Below, in pieces: positions 51,637 through 60,162 of a DNA stretch of 64,000 nt. The stretch covers positions 2,018 to 66,017 of the forward strand of contig JAFZPN010000167.1 in the NCBI GenBank assembly GCA_017550315.1, read 5' to 3'. The number at the start of each line of letters is the position of its first letter. The stretch's first letter is position 1. The DNA comes from Clostridia bacterium. GTDB taxonomy: Bacteria > Bacillota > Clostridia > Oscillospirales > CAG-272. The notes under the pieces are model-generated. The model was not told the DNA's origin, did not search any database, and worked only from the letters and a program-made list of their open reading frames with translations. The position numbers and the translations under genes were made by a program.

Positions 51637-52215
51637 ATGCGACAGCTTATGATGATTCACCTGCTTGACAACATCCCGGACAAGGCGGCGCCGGAGGGCT
51701 TTTTCATCCGGAACTGGACGCCGGGAGAAGAGGAGATCTGGGTCGAGATCTGCAAATTCGGACTTCTCGGACCGGACGCAACGATCAACGAATGGAACGG
51801 CGCGATCCTCGGCCGGAAGACCCTCGATCCGCATACCGACACCTTCTTCGTCTGCCGCTCGTCCGACGGGACCCCGGTCGCGACGATCACGGGCTATGTC
51901 CGCGAGGACGGCGTGGGGGACATCCACATGGTCGCCTGCCGGGAAGACGCGCGCGGGCACGGCATCGGGGAATACATGCTGTCCCACGCGATGCGAAAGC
52001 TCAAGGCCGATCTGCCCGGGGACGGTCACCGTGTCGAGCTGACGACGGACGACTGGCGGATCCCGGCGATCGTCGGCTATCTCCGCGGCGGTTTCCATCC
52101 CGTGGAATACGACGAGGGCATGTTCGACCGCTGGACGAAGATCTGCCAGGATATCCGGATGCACGGGATCGAGATGCTGACGGAGACCGGCGAGAGGACC
52201 GGCATCATTTTATAA
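51637..52215 (+). CDS. GNAT family N-acetyltransferase
   Basis: Start at ATG 51637 after GGAGGT. Acetyl-CoA motif ARGHGIGEYML. Confidence 0.7.
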   Translation: MRQLMMIHLLDNIPDKAAPEGFFIRNWTPGEEEIWVEICKFGLLGPDATINEWNGAILGRKTLDPHTDTFFVCRSSDGTPVATITGYVREDGVGDIHMVACREDARGHGIGEYMLSHAMRKLKADLPGDGHRVELTTDDWRIPAIVGYLRGGFHPVEYDEGMFDRWTKICQDIRMHGIEMLTETGERTGIIL

Positions 52216-52231
52216 GGCAAAAGGAGCAGTT

Positions 52232-53266
52232 ATGAACAACAGAGAATGGTTCAAATCCGCCGGTTACGGCATGATGGTCCACTTCGGACTCTATTCCCTC
52301 CTCGGCGGCGAATACCGCGGCGGACGCACCCCGACCTACGGCGAATGGGCGCAGTCCTGGTTCGGCATCGGGACGGAGGAGTATTCCGCGCTCGCGAAGT
52401 GCTTCAACCCGGTCTATTTCAACGCGGACGAATGGATCGCGGCGGCGAAGTCCTTCGGGATGAAGTATTTCGTCATCACCTCGAAGCACCACGAGGGATT
52501 CGCGCTCTTCCGCTCGAAGGCCGATCCCTTCAACGTCGTCGACGCCACCCCATTCGGGCGGGACATCATCGCGGAGCTGGCCGAAGCGTGCTACAAGTAC
52601 GGGGTGAAATTCGGCCTCTACTATTCGCAGGAGCTCGACTGGCACGATCCCGACGGCGGCGGCTACGACAAGAAGGGCGGCTGCTCCGGGCGCGACTGGT
52701 TCAACTCGTGGGACTGGCCGGACATCGCGTCAAAGGATTTCACCCGCTGCTTCGAGAACAAGATCAAGCCGCAGGTGAAGGAGATCCTCACACAGTACGG
52801 CGATCTCTGCCTGATCTGGTTCGACACGCCCGGCGTCATCTCGAAGGAACAGAGCCTCGAGATCTACAACATGGTCAAGGAATACCAGCCGGACTGCCTC
52901 ATCAACTCCCGGCTCGGCAACGGCGCGTACGACTACGTCTCCCTCGGGGACAACGAAATCCCGCGCGAGCCTCCGAAGGAGATGACCGCGGCAGAATCCG
53001 GCGACATGAACGGCCTCGGCGGATACAAGTGGTCGCCCTACGGCTTATACGAGACCGCCGCCACCCTCAACGACACCTGGGGCTTCAAGTATTTCGATCA
53101 CAACTGGAAGTCCCCCGAGACGATCGCCGCGAACAAGCGCCACCTGAACGGCATGGGCGTGAACTATCTTTTGAACGTCGGACCGGACGGCCTCGGGCGC
53201 ATCCCGTCCTTCTCGCTCGAAATCCTCCGCCGCGCGCGGGAGATCGAAGAAGAGGAAAACGGTTGA
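52232..53266 (+). CDS. alpha-L-fucosidase (GH29)
   Basis: YGMMVHFGLYS, GMKYFVITSKHHEGFALF, FGLYYS and IWFD motifs are typical of GH29. Confidence 0.85.
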   Translation: MNNREWFKSAGYGMMVHFGLYSLLGGEYRGGRTPTYGEWAQSWFGIGTEEYSALAKCFNPVYFNADEWIAAAKSFGMKYFVITSKHHEGFALFRSKADPFNVVDATPFGRDIIAELAEACYKYGVKFGLYYSQELDWHDPDGGGYDKKGGCSGRDWFNSWDWPDIASKDFTRCFENKIKPQVKEILTQYGDLCLIWFDTPGVISKEQSLEIYNMVKEYQPDCLINSRLGNGAYDYVSLGDNEIPREPPKEMTAAESGDMNGLGGYKWSPYGLYETAATLNDTWGFKYFDHNWKSPETIAANKRHLNGMGVNYLLNVGPDGLGRIPSFSLEILRRAREIEEEENG

Positions 53267-53794
53267 TTTTCCGCACGTAGGTGCTGAAAGCCTTACAGGA
53301 CAACGGGTTTGCGGATGGATAAAACGTCCGTACCAAAGATTTACCAAAAATCACAAGACAACATACAGGGGAGAATCCCGCGCATGACGGACGCCTTGCT
53401 GACAAAAGCAGGGCGTTTTGTCTTTGCGCACAGAATAGAAAACAAAAGATTGTCCCAATGCTCTGAATTCCACTGAATGCCGGGACACGCGCGGAAAACC
53501 TTCGCACCATCTGGACAACCTCATCCGTCAATGAACGCAGGAGATTTCATGACAAACACGACACCAACCGCCCCCAATATTCGATCCAATCTCCACGCTT
53601 TGAAATCGGAACATACTGCCCTTAAGCTGGGATGATTCGTCTTGGAAACCGACAAGACGTAATCAGAGGTCAGATTGCCGCTGAAGATCGCCCGGCTTTG
53701 TACGCGGAGAAGGCTGCAAACGAGGAAAAGATCGCGCAGCTTCGGGATTGACAGCGGTACTATGAAATCCGACTGAAGATCTGCGAGAAAGAAA

Positions 53795-54193
53795 ATGAAG
53801 GAATATACTCGAAGCCCTCTCCCCGAGAGCCATACCCCCGGCGATCCCGCCACCTGCACCGATCCCTGTCTCTGCGAAATCTGCAGCGCGGTGCTGGAGT
53901 TTCCAACAGGTCACGACTACGAGACGGAAACCGTTCCGCCCACATACACGGACTTCGGCTAAACTTGTTCTATCTGCTCCGTCTGCGAAGACGAATGGCA
54001 GTCCGACTTACTCCCACCCCTCGGCCATAAAGAATCTGGCTGGATCATCGATAAAGAGCCGGATTTCACATCTACAGGCCTGCGGCATAAAGAATGCAAA
54101 CGCTGTTACACCGTCCTTGTCACGGAGACCGTGGACTGCCTGTACCGGAACGTCAGAACGGACAACCACAGCGAAGCGGTTGTCGGACAGTAA
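53795..54193 (+). pseudogene. remnant of a Cys-rich GH-x-W/PTCT-repeat surface-protein gene with an in-frame TAA
   Basis: A single frame reads ...PATCTDPCLCEICSAVLEFPTGHDYETETVPPTYTDFG*TCSICSVCEDEW...PLGHKESGWIIDKEPDFTSTGLRHKECKRCY.... The TAA at 53960-53962 sits where the repeat expects Tyr. Confidence 0.4.
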
Positions 54194-54202
54194 GGAACAC
54201 AT

Positions 54203-54961
54203 TTATCCATAAACAATCCTCAGCTGATCAAGGATGTCTGATTTCGTCTTACCCGGAATATCGAGCTGCTTCAGATCCACAGCCTCCGGTAACATCCTTT
54301 CAATGAATTCATTCATGTCGCTCCGAATGGTATCAGGTAAATTCGGAAGTGGTCCCTGATTAGAATCAAGAAGTTCCGTCAACCTGAAAGCATCATTTTT
54401 GTGCTTGCGGATATTTCTGCTGTCCACAGATACGCCAGCAGCTTTTCGGTCGGAGAGATCTATCCAGGCTTTTGCTTTAAATGGAATCAGGTATGGCGCA
54501 TCCAGTATCGTAACACCGGAAACATTCACCTTTCCTTGCTTCAAGAGACTGTAATAGTCATCGTTCAGCAGGATCGCTGACAAGCTGGAAATATTGTCAT
54601 CCATCGGCAACGGTGTCAGGACAGCATCTTCCGGCAGCGGAATATCGTCCAGCCGTCGTGTGAACAGTTCAATCATCGCCGGGAATTCCTGGGACTTGGG
54701 ATTCGTGAAACGATAGAATTGAGGTGCGCCCGTACTTTTGTTTCGGTGTTCATATCTAGCCGCAGCAATATATTCCCAGAATCTTCTGGCGAAATCTGCG
54801 TCGATTGCTTCGACGATCAGCACGAGATCGATATCCTTTGTGGCCCGGAATTCAAGACCGCTGTCAGACATTAGGAGATCGCAAGCGGTGCCTCCGATGA
54901 TCACATACTGTTCTTCATATCCCTGAAACCATTCTTTGAAGCTGTCAAGTCCTCTTACCAT
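54203..54961 (-). CDS. nucleotidyltransferase, AbiEii/AbiGii toxin family-like
   Basis: NTase motif IIGGTACDLLM...RATKDIDLVL. 17-nt overlap with the upstream wHTH gene. Low-GC context. Confidence 0.6.
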   Translation of the reverse strand: MVRGLDSFKEWFQGYEEQYVIIGGTACDLLMSDSGLEFRATKDIDLVLIVEAIDADFARRFWEYIAAARYEHRNKSTGAPQFYRFTNPKSQEFPAMIELFTRRLDDIPLPEDAVLTPLPMDDNISSLSAILLNDDYYSLLKQGKVNVSGVTILDAPYLIPFKAKAWIDLSDRKAAGVSVDSRNIRKHKNDAFRLTELLDSNQGPLPNLPDTIRSDMNEFIERMLPEAVDLKQLDIPGKTKSDILDQLRIVYG

Positions 54962-55910
54962 CGATATCCTCCCATGTCATTGATAACATCTCTTCTATAG
55001 CATCCTCTACCCGTTCATCCTTGTCATCACAGAAAGAGAGGGCAAGGGATAAGCGGTCAACCATGCCATTGCCGGAAAGTTTCCGAGGGTCATATCTCCA
55101 CAACTGAATCTCGTACTGATCGTCTGTGCTTTGCAGTTTGCGGGTAGATGCTTTTTCCCATGCGGCTATGCTGTCAGAAGCGAAGCATTTCATTCTGGGC
55201 GGGTTTAACATTGTGTATTCAGACAGTGCAGAATACCCGCTCATGAGCAAATCACAAGTTATCGCATCTCTCGGAACATAAATTGTCCGTTTGACAGGAT
55301 TGAGCATGCTCGAACGCGATATGGCAAACAGCTCTTTCGGAGACAATTCGGAAGAGATAATCTTTTGCACACCTCGCTTTTCTGTTTTGACGATCCCCAT
55401 CTCTTCAAGTTGTTTTGAGGCGCGGGAAACGGATGTCGCTGTGAGGCCAAGTTCTTTGACTGCATCACTGGTCAGCATTTCACCGCAGCCGTTATAGATA
55501 TAGAGAAGTAGAAGCAATTGAGAGGAAGGAAGCATATCGGATCGTTCTTGTTCCTCTTTATCCCCGCGTTCCTGCAAGTAAACGGCCATGAACGGCAGAT
55601 AAATCTGTTTTCCATCGACAATAAAAGGGAGATGCGCTTTCAAAAGATATTCCTTTTGGCGATAAGTCAGATGATCCAGCATAAGAACAGCGGGAGTATT
55701 CTCTGCCTTTTCAACTCTTTCCATGTGTTTCTTTACGGCATCTACAGAATCCAGTTTGCTTTTCGGATACATAAAAGACGCTGCTTTGCCGTCGAGCAAT
55801 ACTCTCTGAATTCTGTAGCGAGACTGTATGAAATTCGGTAAGGATTGGGGGTTATTGTCTTCATACATTACGTGAATGCCCATCACACGATTCAAGTATT
55901 CCAAAACCAT
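54945..55910 (-). CDS. wHTH (MarR-like) regulator, AbiEi-like antitoxin candidate
   Basis: Central winged helix LTSDAVKELGLTATSVSRASKQLEEMGIVKTEKRG. Operon partner of the NTase. Confidence 0.5.
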   Translation of the reverse strand: MVLEYLNRVMGIHVMYEDNNPQSLPNFIQSRYRIQRVLLDGKAASFMYPKSKLDSVDAVKKHMERVEKAENTPAVLMLDHLTYRQKEYLLKAHLPFIVDGKQIYLPFMAVYLQERGDKEEQERSDMLPSSQLLLLLYIYNGCGEMLTSDAVKELGLTATSVSRASKQLEEMGIVKTEKRGVQKIISSELSPKELFAISRSSMLNPVKRTIYVPRDAITCDLLMSGYSALSEYTMLNPPRMKCFASDSIAAWEKASTRKLQSTDDQYEIQLWRYDPRKLSGNGMVDRLSLALSFCDDKDERVEDAIEEMLSMTWEDIDGKRT

Positions 55911-55937
55911 GCCCTCCTGTTTATAACGCTTGTTTGT

Positions 55938-55966
55938 ATTTTAACTTATTTTAAGTCAAGAATCAA
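55938..55966 (-). promoter_or_regulatory. candidate promoter of the AbiE-like operon
   Basis: Minus strand: TTGATT (RC of 55961-55966), 17 nt, TAAAAT (RC of 55938-55943). Confidence 0.4.
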
Positions 55967-56019
55967 TAAATAAGTTGTGAATGAATGGTAATTATTCATG
56001 CACAGCATGTCTCTCCAAT

Positions 56020-56260
56020 TGTTTTGACATTAGGTCCTTCCCGGTTTGCGCTCCCGGTACTACGACCTCAGCTGACTCCCGGTCATGAGCTTTTTTTCGC
56101 ACGCGGCTTCTCTTTTTCTGCCGCGCTGACCGGGCCTCCCGGGGTAGGTCTCAGTTCTTTCGCCGCACAACCTCCGGATTTACTGCTTCGGTTTTACGTT
56201 TACCCTTCATGCTTCGGTTTGTTATGTAACCTTATCTGTCTTCTTTTCGTGTTTCTTAAC
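56020..56260. other. GC-rich non-coding segment with nested stems, unassigned
   Basis: Stops in all frames. CCCGGTCA (56078-56085) pairs with TGACCGGG (56126-56133), enclosing a GCGGC/GCCGC hairpin. Several CCGGG/CCCGG elements. Confidence 0.3.
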
Positions 56261-56349
56261 CTGCTGACAAAAGCCTTGACATACGATGTTTTTTCTGATA
56301 CCATATATTGCACAGATAATAGTGGATGATCAGAGAAAGGAGTGCGGCC

Positions 56350-57984
56350 ATGACGAAACAGAATCGAAACACCTTTCTGTTCTTCGGCTTTCTTCTGTTG
56401 GGCGGGATCTGCAACCTGCTTACACGGACACTGATCTCCGTCGTCGACACCTTCATGTTCAGTGCCAACTTCCTGATCTATATCGGGCTTCTGATTTTCT
56501 GGATGCATTCCGTAAAGACCCGGCTCCTGCCCACCAAAGCGCGGAGTTATATCCTCGCATCGGCGAGCCTGAGCATCTTCTATCTTCTCGTTCGGGTCCT
56601 GAGATTCCGCATCCTGACGGAAGTGATCGTCCGGCGCTATGTGGATTACCTGTACAATATCGCGCCGGTCCTGTCGTCAACCTTATTCTTGATGACCTGC
56701 ATCCGGATCCACCGGGGAGACGGCGACGAACGAAACGGGAAAGAACGGCTGCTGCTCGTCCCGGCCTGTACGCTGCTTGTGCTGATCCTGACAAACGATC
56801 TGCATCAGCTGTTCTACCGCCGGCTCATTCCGCTGTCGGAGTTTCACGGCGTCGTCGGCACCTATACCTACGGACCGTTGTTTTACCTCATGTACGGTTG
56901 GATGGTGGCAGCGCTGCTCACCGGATTTGTTTTCCTGATCCTCAAAACCCGGCGGCAGAGCTTTCGGGTGCTCTTCCATTTCGCTGCGGTCGTTCTGATC
57001 TGGGGGAGTGTAAACCTGATCAATCTGCTGGTATTCACGCCCCTGGATCTCGTGCGTCTGTTTCACGCACCGGAGATCAATGTATTCGGCATGCTGGGCT
57101 TCTTTGAGGTCTGCATCCGGAACCGCCTGATCCCGTATAATGAAAACTATACCGGTTTCTTTGCCAATCTCGGCTTGCCGGTTCGGATTACGGACGATGC
57201 CTTCGCGTCGGTTTATGAGACAAACCTTCCGATCTGCGCGTCCGAGCAGGAGCTATCCGCGTCGGTCGCGGCGCCGGTATATCCGGATGAAGATACGCGG
57301 CTGTCGGGGATGAAGATCCGTCCTGGCTATGTTTTCTGGACGGAAGACGAAAGCGAGCTGCACCGGGAAAGCCTCCGGCTGGAATCCGCCAATGAGATCC
57401 TGAGCGAGGAAAACGCCCTGATCGCCGTGGAAAACGAGCTGAAGGAGAAAAAAGCGCATCTGGACGCGCAGGATCGGATCTACAACAAGATCGCCGCCGC
57501 ACTGTATCACAAGCAGCAACGGATCGACAGACTGCTCGAGAGTACGCCGCCGTCGTCGGAGAACTTCGAGAAAACGCTGGCGGAGTGCTGTGTGCTGAAC
57601 GCTTACTGCAAGCGCAAGAGTAATCTGCTCCTCCTCACGAACGAAAACATGTCTCTGCCGAGCCGCGAGCTATTTCTGGCGCTGCAGGAATCCGCGCGTT
57701 ATCTGAACTGCTGCGGGATCCCCGCGGCTGCCACGGGGGAGGAGTATTCCGATCTGCCGCTGGATTCTGTCAACGCGGTGTATGATTGTTTTGAGACGCT
57801 GATTGAAGCGCTTTTGCCGCAAATCCAGGGAATGACCGTATCTCTGGCTGCCGGAGGCATCCGGATCGCCATGGAGGCGGATTGTGATCCGGAACTGCCG
57901 AAAACGGCACTTCCCGTGACATGCTTGAAAAGCGACGGCTGCTATTTCCTGACCGTGCACGCGGAAGGAGGCGAGGGCAAATGA
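56350..57984 (+). CDS. membrane sensor with histidine-kinase-type 7TM N-terminal domain and degenerate kinase core (pseudokinase)
   Basis: Start at ATG 56350 after GAAAGGAG. About 7 hydrophobic helices, then a coiled coil. The C-terminal alpha/beta region lacks N-box and G-box motifs. Confidence 0.55.
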   Translation: MTKQNRNTFLFFGFLLLGGICNLLTRTLISVVDTFMFSANFLIYIGLLIFWMHSVKTRLLPTKARSYILASASLSIFYLLVRVLRFRILTEVIVRRYVDYLYNIAPVLSSTLFLMTCIRIHRGDGDERNGKERLLLVPACTLLVLILTNDLHQLFYRRLIPLSEFHGVVGTYTYGPLFYLMYGWMVAALLTGFVFLILKTRRQSFRVLFHFAAVVLIWGSVNLINLLVFTPLDLVRLFHAPEINVFGMLGFFEVCIRNRLIPYNENYTGFFANLGLPVRITDDAFASVYETNLPICASEQELSASVAAPVYPDEDTRLSGMKIRPGYVFWTEDESELHRESLRLESANEILSEENALIAVENELKEKKAHLDAQDRIYNKIAAALYHKQQRIDRLLESTPPSSENFEKTLAECCVLNAYCKRKSNLLLLTNENMSLPSRELFLALQESARYLNCCGIPAAATGEEYSDLPLDSVNAVYDCFETLIEALLPQIQGMTVSLAAGGIRIAMEADCDPELPKTALPVTCLKSDGCYFLTVHAEGGEGK

Positions 57985-59264
57985 GTTTCTTCTGCAGTAT
58001 TCTCGAGACCCCCGTCACATTCCCGCTTCTGATGGGCGCACTCTTTCTCATGATTGGGCAGACCGTGATCTTCCAGCTTTCCCTCGTGGAGAATAATAGT
58101 CGCAGGCAGACGCTGATCGCTGCCCTGCACCTGTCCGTCGGCTTTCTGGTATTTGTGTTCCTCCTGGACGGATATGACACCACCCATTACGAGCAAATAC
58201 CGCGGGACTATGTTCAGACCGGGTGGTTTCCGTATGCGCTGCCCTGGCCGGTCTACGCCGTCTGGGAAATACTCTCCGCGGTGATCATCCTCCATCATCT
58301 CCGGACATACAAGCGCTACCGGGCAAGCACCGTGACCACCGCCGCTATCCGCCAGGCCGTCGATTTGTTGCCGGAGGGGATCTGCGTCAGCGCGTCGGAC
58401 GGCACGCCGCTGCTCGTCAATCTGAAAATGGACGCCCTGTGCCGCGCGCTGACCGACGAACGCCTTTCGGACGCCAAGCGGCTCTGGGAGTTTTTGGAGG
58501 AGAACGGAGAAAGCCAGGAGGACAAGCGCCTGATGCAGACGCCTCGTGGCGAGGCATGGCTCTTTGCCGAAGACGACCTCGTGATCGACGGGGTGGTGTA
58601 TAGGCGGATGAGCGCCGTCAACGTCACCGAGCGATACCGGATCACAGAGGAGCTCCGGAAGAAAAACGCGCACCTGCAAGAGGTCCGGCGCCGCATGAAA
58701 GAGGCATCGGAGCTCTCCGCGGAAATGTTCATAAAACAGGAAGAAGCCGCGGCCCGCACCGCTCTGCACAACGAGCTGGGGCAGGTTTTGCTGATGGGCC
58801 GCCACTATCTCGAGCATCCGGACACTACGGACAAAGAGACAGTTGCCCGGATGACCCGGCAGATGAGCTGTTTCCTGCTCGGAAAGAGTCTGGCGCCACA
58901 GACGCGGGGAGAAGACGAGGTCCGTGAGGCGATCCGCATGGCGAAGGATATCGGCGTGACCGTCGATGTGAAGGGAGGCCCCGTCGAAGAGAAAAGGCTC
59001 CGCGCGCTTCTCTGCGAGGCGATCCGCGAATGCGCCGCCAACACCGTCAAGCACGCCGAGGGGGACCGGCTCTCGGCGGAGATCGATCAAAGCGCGGCGG
59101 GGACGCGCATCACGCTCACGAACAACGGCATGCCCCCGAAAGGGCCCATTGCCGAGAGCGGCGGTCTGCTTTCTCTGCGCCGGATGGTTGGGGAGGCGGG
59201 CGGAAAGATGACCGTGCAATGCCGGCCTGTTTTTGCCCTGACCATCTCGTTTCTCCGTTCATAA
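57981..59264 (+). CDS. sensor histidine kinase (HisKA_3 / NarL-partner type)
   Basis: ATGA overlap. TM helices, PAS-like LPEGICVSASDGTPLLVN, H-box LHNELGQVLL, N-box ANTVKHA, G-box-like region SGGLLSLRRMVGEAGG. Confidence 0.8.
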   Translation: MSFFCSILETPVTFPLLMGALFLMIGQTVIFQLSLVENNSRRQTLIAALHLSVGFLVFVFLLDGYDTTHYEQIPRDYVQTGWFPYALPWPVYAVWEILSAVIILHHLRTYKRYRASTVTTAAIRQAVDLLPEGICVSASDGTPLLVNLKMDALCRALTDERLSDAKRLWEFLEENGESQEDKRLMQTPRGEAWLFAEDDLVIDGVVYRRMSAVNVTERYRITEELRKKNAHLQEVRRRMKEASELSAEMFIKQEEAAARTALHNELGQVLLMGRHYLEHPDTTDKETVARMTRQMSCFLLGKSLAPQTRGEDEVREAIRMAKDIGVTVDVKGGPVEEKRLRALLCEAIRECAANTVKHAEGDRLSAEIDQSAAGTRITLTNNGMPPKGPIAESGGLLSLRRMVGEAGGKMTVQCRPVFALTISFLRS

Positions 59265-59270
59265 TGTTCT

Positions 59271-59307
59271 GCGCTCCCTTCCTTCACCGGACAGGGAGCG
59301 CTTTTTC
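59271..59307 (+). terminator. rho-independent terminator after the kinase
   Basis: GCGCTCCCT / AGGGAGCGC stem followed by TTTTT. Confidence 0.7.
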
Positions 59308-59498
59308 GGATTTCTTCCGGAAATCGGATTTTCCCGGAAAATGGTACGAATGGGTGATGGGAATTCCCGGTGCTGTCTGATATAATATTATGAAACATTA
59401 TGGTATAAGGGTAACCATATCCTGTCGACGGAAGATCCCGTAAAAAAGAAGCCGGCGGCACATGTTCCGGCGCTATGGAAAAAGGAAGGTGAGGATAT

Positions 59499-60158
59499 GT
59501 GAATAAGCGCATCCGGGTTGTCGTGGCAGACGACCAGAACATTTCGCGCGGTTTTTTCGAGATGTATGTTCACGCTTCCGAACGCTATGAGCTCGCGGCT
59601 TCTTTGCGGACGGCGGAGGAAGCCGTGGAATTCGTGGAGGAAAACGAAGCCGATCTCATGATTTTAGACGTCATCATGCAGGAAGGGATCGACGGGCTGA
59701 CAGCCGCCGCGAAGATCAAGCAAAGGCATCCTGAGATCAAGATCGTCCTGACCACCTCCACCTCGGAGACCAGCTGGGAGGACAAAGCGCGTGAAATCGG
59801 CGTGGAGAGCTTTTGGTACAAGGAATACGACGATCACAGCCTGGCCGACATCATGGAACGCACCCTGCGTGGCGAATCGGTTTATCCGTCGTCGCCGCCC
59901 GAGGTGAACTTCGGCAAGATCCGGCGGAGCGATCTGACGGAGAGGGAGCTGGACGTGCTGCGGGAGCTGACGGCCAGCCTCACCAACGAGGAGATCGCCG
60001 AGAAGCTGCACATCTCCGCCAATACCGTCAAGCGGCACCTGCAAAACATCATGGAAAAGACGGGCTTCAACCGGCGCATCGATCTGGCGATCCACGCGCG
60101 GCTGCTCGGCCTGGTCGTAAACGACAGCGAACGCATCAATTCAAGCGAAAGGAAATAG
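59499..60158 (+). CDS. LuxR/NarL-family response regulator
   Basis: GTG start after AAAGGAAGGTGAGG. Receiver VVVADDQ...ILDVIM...LTTS. C-terminal LuxR HTH LTERELDVLRELTASLTNEEIAEKLHISANTVKRHL. Confidence 0.85.
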   Translation: MNKRIRVVVADDQNISRGFFEMYVHASERYELAASLRTAEEAVEFVEENEADLMILDVIMQEGIDGLTAAAKIKQRHPEIKIVLTTSTSETSWEDKAREIGVESFWYKEYDDHSLADIMERTLRGESVYPSSPPEVNFGKIRRSDLTERELDVLRELTASLTNEEIAEKLHISANTVKRHLQNIMEKTGFNRRIDLAIHARLLGLVVNDSERINSSERK

Positions 60159-60162
60159 AACC

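Noticed and set aside
51469-52164. Upstream 232 codons of ORF 50599..52164 (extended spoVFA)
   Set aside because: They are antisense to the well-supported GNAT gene 51637..52215. SpoVFA homology and a normal length of 289 aa begin at ATG 51468.
56020-56260. Specific riboswitch assignment (cobalamin, c-di-GMP GEMM-I, ydaO/c-di-AMP) or SRP/RNase P RNA
   Set aside because: Only short local resemblances are present, and the order of conserved boxes does not match any of these families. The AbiE-like operon has its own promoter downstream of this segment. The region is kept only as an unassigned structured segment.
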